DNA from: Candidatus Iainarchaeum sp.
GTDB lineage: Archaea; Iainarchaeota; Iainarchaeia; Iainarchaeales; DTGL01
Length of the DNA stretch: 9,204 nt
Assembly (NCBI GenBank): GCA_038736825.1
Contig: JAVYME010000041.1
Location: 1-9,204, forward strand
Direction of reading: 5' to 3'
Below the pieces are notes generated by a model. It saw only the letters and a program-made list of their open reading frames with translations. It did not search any database and was not told where the DNA came from. Of the stretch, positions 6,286 to 9,204 are shown in pieces; position 1 is the first letter of the stretch, and the number at the start of each line of letters is the position of its first letter. The position numbers and the translations under genes were made by a program.

Positions 6286-6518
6286 CCCTCTCACTCCCTT
6301 AATCTTTTTCAATTAATATGTTAACTGGAATATTTTTGTGTGGGTTTTCTTTTTTATTATTATTGTTTTCTTGAATTCAAGCAATATAATGTTTTTAGTA
6401 TTTAAAAACCTTTTCTATGGGGTTTGGGTGTTTTTACTCAGTGCAACCAGTAAAATAAATAAAGTTTCAAGGATTAAACGCAATTAATTTGGCTTGCTGA
6501 TTCCCCAAGGCACAAAAT

Positions 6519-7481
6519 TCAACCGTAAAGAATTCCATAATACAGGTTTTTTATGAATAAACCGTAACGCTTTTCTTTTGGCAATTTTTCGCTTGCATAA
6601 TATTCTGGCGGCATTGCATAATAGAAAATGTTTTCCCCTATTTTTTGCCCCAAAATGCTTGCATCTGCACTTGAAACAATCATTGGCAAGTGATTGCCAT
6701 AGTTTTTGTTTTCTGCAACAAGGTTAGCGCCAAAATCTATTGTCAGCACTGTGGTGCTTGTTCCCTCGGAAAGGGATTCAACTATTGCAAAGTCTTCGCC
6801 CTCTGTAACCATTAACTGCAATGGTCCAAAACCGTAAACCAGGGGATTGTCTCTTTCAATTGGTTTTAAAAGCCCAGCATAATATGGTTCTTCAATACTG
6901 CACCTTTTTATGCTGCAATAGTTTGTAATATAGTTTGCAGAAATCGCTTTGTTCAATAACACCATGTAGCCTTCATATTTTCTAGCCCAAGGATTGATTA
7001 TTGCTTTTGAATTTGAATCCTCATAGTACTCGTTTTCCCTTAAAAGCTCGTCTTCGCTTTCTGGTTCTGCCCCTGCATCGCCAGTCCAAACCAGGTTGCC
7101 ACCGGTTGCTGCATAATCCAAAAACATTTTTATTTTAGCCGAACTCATTTTTCTTGCCTTTGTGACAATCACGAGCTGGTATTTTTTGAGGTTGCCTGGA
7201 TTGACTGAATCCAGCCTTAACAGGTGGGATGGCGCTCCTGCAAGGTTTGGATCCCTCAGCTTGTCTGCCAGCAGTTCTGGATCTCCAAGACCGCTTTCAC
7301 CGTAAACTATTAAAACCTCTGGTTTTCCCCTGATTGCATAATAAACCTCGCACCACCCAGGAATGCTCTTGCATTTCACTCTATTGGCAAGGGTTAGAAC
7401 GAAAAGCAGCAAGAAAACCAAGAACAAAAGTATTGCTATTCTTGAAACCAGTTTTAAGTTAATGGAAAAAGCTCCGGCCAT
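6519..7481 (-). CDS. Single-pass membrane protein with an extracytoplasmic alpha/beta domain; distant paralogue of 5452-6285; 320 aa
   Basis: I prefer ATG 7481-7479 (MAGAFS..) to the track's GTG 7490. It has an N-terminal TM helix (IAILLFLVFLLLFVLTL). The ectodomain carries KPEVLIVYG ... YQLVIVT ... FLDYAATGGNLVWTG, a Cys pair (YCSIKRC), IERDNPLVYGFG and GENIFYYAMPPE, each with a counterpart in the 5452-6285 protein. Stop is TGA 6521-6519. Confidence 0.65.
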   Translation of the reverse strand: MAGAFSINLKLVSRIAILLFLVFLLLFVLTLANRVKCKSIPGWCEVYYAIRGKPEVLIVYGESGLGDPELLADKLRDPNLAGAPSHLLRLDSVNPGNLKKYQLVIVTKARKMSSAKIKMFLDYAATGGNLVWTGDAGAEPESEDELLRENEYYEDSNSKAIINPWARKYEGYMVLLNKAISANYITNYCSIKRCSIEEPYYAGLLKPIERDNPLVYGFGPLQLMVTEGEDFAIVESLSEGTSTTVLTIDFGANLVAENKNYGNHLPMIVSSADASILGQKIGENIFYYAMPPEYYASEKLPKEKRYGLFIKNLYYGILYG

Positions 7482-7553
7482 TGCAAACACAAGAATTTTA
7501 ATATTTAGTTATAGCAATATTCTATAGAGATTGAACTATTAAAAGGTTTTGTT

Positions 7554-7724
7554 ATGGTAAAACTCAGGAAAGGGCGGGCTGCCAGCAGTCCAAGCAGCAC
7601 AATCGGTTTAATGCGCTTTTTTGATGCAGAAAGCAAAGCGCCAAAAATATCGCCACAATTCGTTCTCTTAGTGGCTATAGCAATAGCAGTGATTTGGATT
7701 ATTGCGCTTAAGTTTTTTGGCTGA
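7554..7724 (+). CDS. secG: Preprotein translocase subunit Sec61-beta (archaeal SecG), 56 aa; absent from the supplied ORF track
   Basis: Hand translation gives MVKLRKGRAASSPSSTIGLMRFFDAESKAPKISPQFVLLVAIAIAVIWIIALKFFG, followed by the stop codon. It has a basic N-terminus, the conserved S-x-x-GL-hRFFDe-x4-KIsP motif and a single C-terminal TM tail anchor, all typical of archaeal Sec61-beta, and the size is typical. It runs from ATG 7554-7556 to TGA 7722-7724, with a T6 run at 7746-7751 downstream. Confidence 0.75.
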   Translation: MVKLRKGRAASSPSSTIGLMRFFDAESKAPKISPQFVLLVAIAIAVIWIIALKFFG

Positions 7725-7776
7725 AGCCATTGCTTTAACTGAAACTTTTTTATAAAACCGTTCTTTAAGCCAAGCT

Positions 7777-7784
7777 AAAAAAAA
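7777..7784 (-). terminator. Oligo-T tract (T8 on the minus strand) after the ileS stop
   Basis: A plus-strand A8 run at 7777-7784 lies 5-12 nt downstream of the minus-strand TGA at 7791-7789. Confidence 0.4.
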
Positions 7785-7788
7785 GCAA

Positions 7789-9171
7789 TCAAAGGGAGAT
7801 ATGGAATTCTCTTTCAATTAGTTTTTCCATTGATCCCTTTTTTTCAACTATTTGAGAGTTTGTTTCTTTTTCAAGGCGTTCTGAAAACTTTTCAAGGAAA
7901 GAGGAATCAGGGCAAAAAAGGAAAAGTTGAGCTCGCTCTTCAGGCTTCATTTTTTTCTGTTTCCTCAAATCCTGGATTCTGCGCACTAGTTCCCTGAACT
8001 CCCATTCGTCTTTCAGGCTTGAATCAACAGAAGTGTCCAAAAACAAGCAATATTTTTCAAGGGTTTTTTCTGCAAAACTGCCTTTTGGTTTTTCCATTGA
8101 TTCTTGGACTTCAAACACATTGCACATTCCTGCAAGCACTGGTTTTAGTTCGCCTAGCTCTCTCCCGCTTTCAGTTACAACCACGAGTTTTCTCAAAGGC
8201 CACCTGAGCCTTAATCCTTTTTCTTCCCTTAAGGCTAAAACATTTTGTGCCACAATCTTGCAAAAATCCATGGATTTTTCTATTTCTGGGCTTGTTTCTT
8301 TTTCTTTTGGTTCAGGCAATTCGTACAAGTGAATGCTTTCCTTTGTTCCTTGCGCTTTCATTTCAAGGAATGCGAATTCTGAAAAGTGTGGCGCTATGGG
8401 TGCAAAAAGCCTCAAGAAATCAAACAATATTTTGGAAAAAATATTTCCAAGCAAGGTTTTTTCCTTGTCTGCGCGTTCCCTTACAAGCTTTATATAAGTG
8501 CGACTGAAGTCTTCAATTATGAATTTTTCCGCTGCTTCAACAGCTTCATGGAACAAATAGTTTTCATATGCAGTCCTCATTTGCTTGTTGCAAGAGGCAA
8601 GCCTGCTCAAAACCCATTTGTCTTCAGGTTTTAAGCCGGTTAACGCGCTCTCTTTGCCCAGCTTGATGTCAAGATACATTGCTCCATAGTTAATGGAATT
8701 CCATAGTATGTCATAAAACCTCTTGATTTCCTTGAAAGCCTCAAAATCAAAGGCAAAGTCTTCTCCCCGCGATGTCTTTACCAAGTAATGGCGCATAAAA
8801 TCCCGGTTGAATTTTTGGATTACCTCTTCAGGGGTTATGGCGTTGCCCTTGCTCTTGCTCATTTTGCCTTTCTTGACATCCAATACAATGCCGTGAGTGA
8901 GAATGCTCTTGTATGGAGCGCGCTCAAAGCAGATTATGCTGGTGATTGCCTGCGAATTCCACCAGCCCCGAAACTGGTCTGTTCCCTCCAAGTTCAAGTC
9001 AGCTGGCCAAAATTTTTCAAACAATTCTTTTTTTTGCGGAAACCTTAGTGCAGCCCAGCTTGAAACCCCGGAATCAAACCATACATCGAGCACTTCTTCG
9101 ACACGCTTCATTTTGCCACCACAAGCGCACTTCAATTCAATTGAGTCAATGTATGGCCTGTGCAAGTCCAC
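7789..9171 (-). CDS. ileS: Isoleucyl-tRNA synthetase, C-terminal ~460 aa (second half of the Rossmann fold with KMSKS, plus the anticodon-binding and C-terminal domains), bounded upstream by an in-frame TAA
   Basis: The motifs DLHRPYID, C-x-CGG, EVLDVWFDSG, EGTDQFRGWW, KMSKSKGN and the later LSRL/RWPL segments are characteristic of archaeal/eukaryal-type IleRS. The first codon in the track is GTG (9171-9169). Upstream in frame reads ..E L K K E TAA K L E K T before V D L H R P Y. The stop is TGA 7791-7789. Confidence 0.9.
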   Translation of the reverse strand: MDLHRPYIDSIELKCACGGKMKRVEEVLDVWFDSGVSSWAALRFPQKKELFEKFWPADLNLEGTDQFRGWWNSQAITSIICFERAPYKSILTHGIVLDVKKGKMSKSKGNAITPEEVIQKFNRDFMRHYLVKTSRGEDFAFDFEAFKEIKRFYDILWNSINYGAMYLDIKLGKESALTGLKPEDKWVLSRLASCNKQMRTAYENYLFHEAVEAAEKFIIEDFSRTYIKLVRERADKEKTLLGNIFSKILFDFLRLFAPIAPHFSEFAFLEMKAQGTKESIHLYELPEPKEKETSPEIEKSMDFCKIVAQNVLALREEKGLRLRWPLRKLVVVTESGRELGELKPVLAGMCNVFEVQESMEKPKGSFAEKTLEKYCLFLDTSVDSSLKDEWEFRELVRRIQDLRKQKKMKPEERAQLFLFCPDSSFLEKFSERLEKETNSQIVEKKGSMEKLIEREFHISL

Positions 9172-9204
9172 TGTTTTTTCAAGTTTTTATTCTTTTTTGA
9201 GTTC

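Noticed and set aside
6318-6374. An 18-codon hydrophobic mini-ORF (MLTGIFLCGFSFLLLLFS) on the plus strand
   Set aside because: It has no SD or promoter context. It is a T-rich spacer read in frame, most likely by chance.
8019-9200. Plus-strand track ORFs antisense to ileS (8019..8207, 8033..8332, 8247..8507, 8386..8634, 8788..9048 and 8946..9200)
   Set aside because: They are shadows of a confidently identified IleRS gene.
1-9204. Scan for CRISPR repeats, IS or transposase ends, integrase, tRNA or rRNA genes, and toxin-antitoxin or known defence modules
   Set aside because: I saw no regularly spaced direct repeats of 20 nt or more, no terminal inverted repeats flanking a gene, and no recognisable catalytic motifs of these families. 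The region reads as core-genome housekeeping genes plus hypothetical membrane proteins.

Overview
The window is AT-rich and archaeal, judged by an Alba chromatin protein, a Sec61-beta type translocon subunit, an archaeal/eukaryal-type IleRS, TTTAAATA-type TATA boxes, GGAGGT-like Shine-Dalgarno sites and oligo-T terminators. The compact, divergent proteins suggest a small-genome, DPANN-like lineage, but that is inference only. Gene order: a 762-aa STT3/AglB-like membrane glycosyltransferase (+); a HerA/FtsK-superfamily ATPase (-) sharing a palindromic TATA with a divergently transcribed 156-aa coiled-coil protein (+); a 240-bp ORF-poor convergent spacer with short repeats and hairpins; a wHTH regulator (-) with tandem palindromes in its promoter; Alba (-); two distantly paralogous single-pass membrane proteins (-); a 56-aa Sec61-beta gene missing from the ORF track (+); and the C-terminal ~460 aa of IleRS (-). 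I found no CRISPR array, tRNA, rRNA, transposase, integrase or recognisable defence or toxin module, and I cannot point to a clear novel multi-gene system. The observations most worth follow-up are: (1) an in-frame TAA interrupting IleRS at the right edge; (2) the STT3 homologue whose WWDYG motif reads DPYYG and which carries an extra N-terminal module; (3) the paralogous ectodomain pair; (4) the repeat- and hairpin-bearing spacer at 4170-4408; (5) an orphan HerA-like ATPase without its usual partners. All family calls come from reading motifs by eye and from memory of family consensus. No searches were run.
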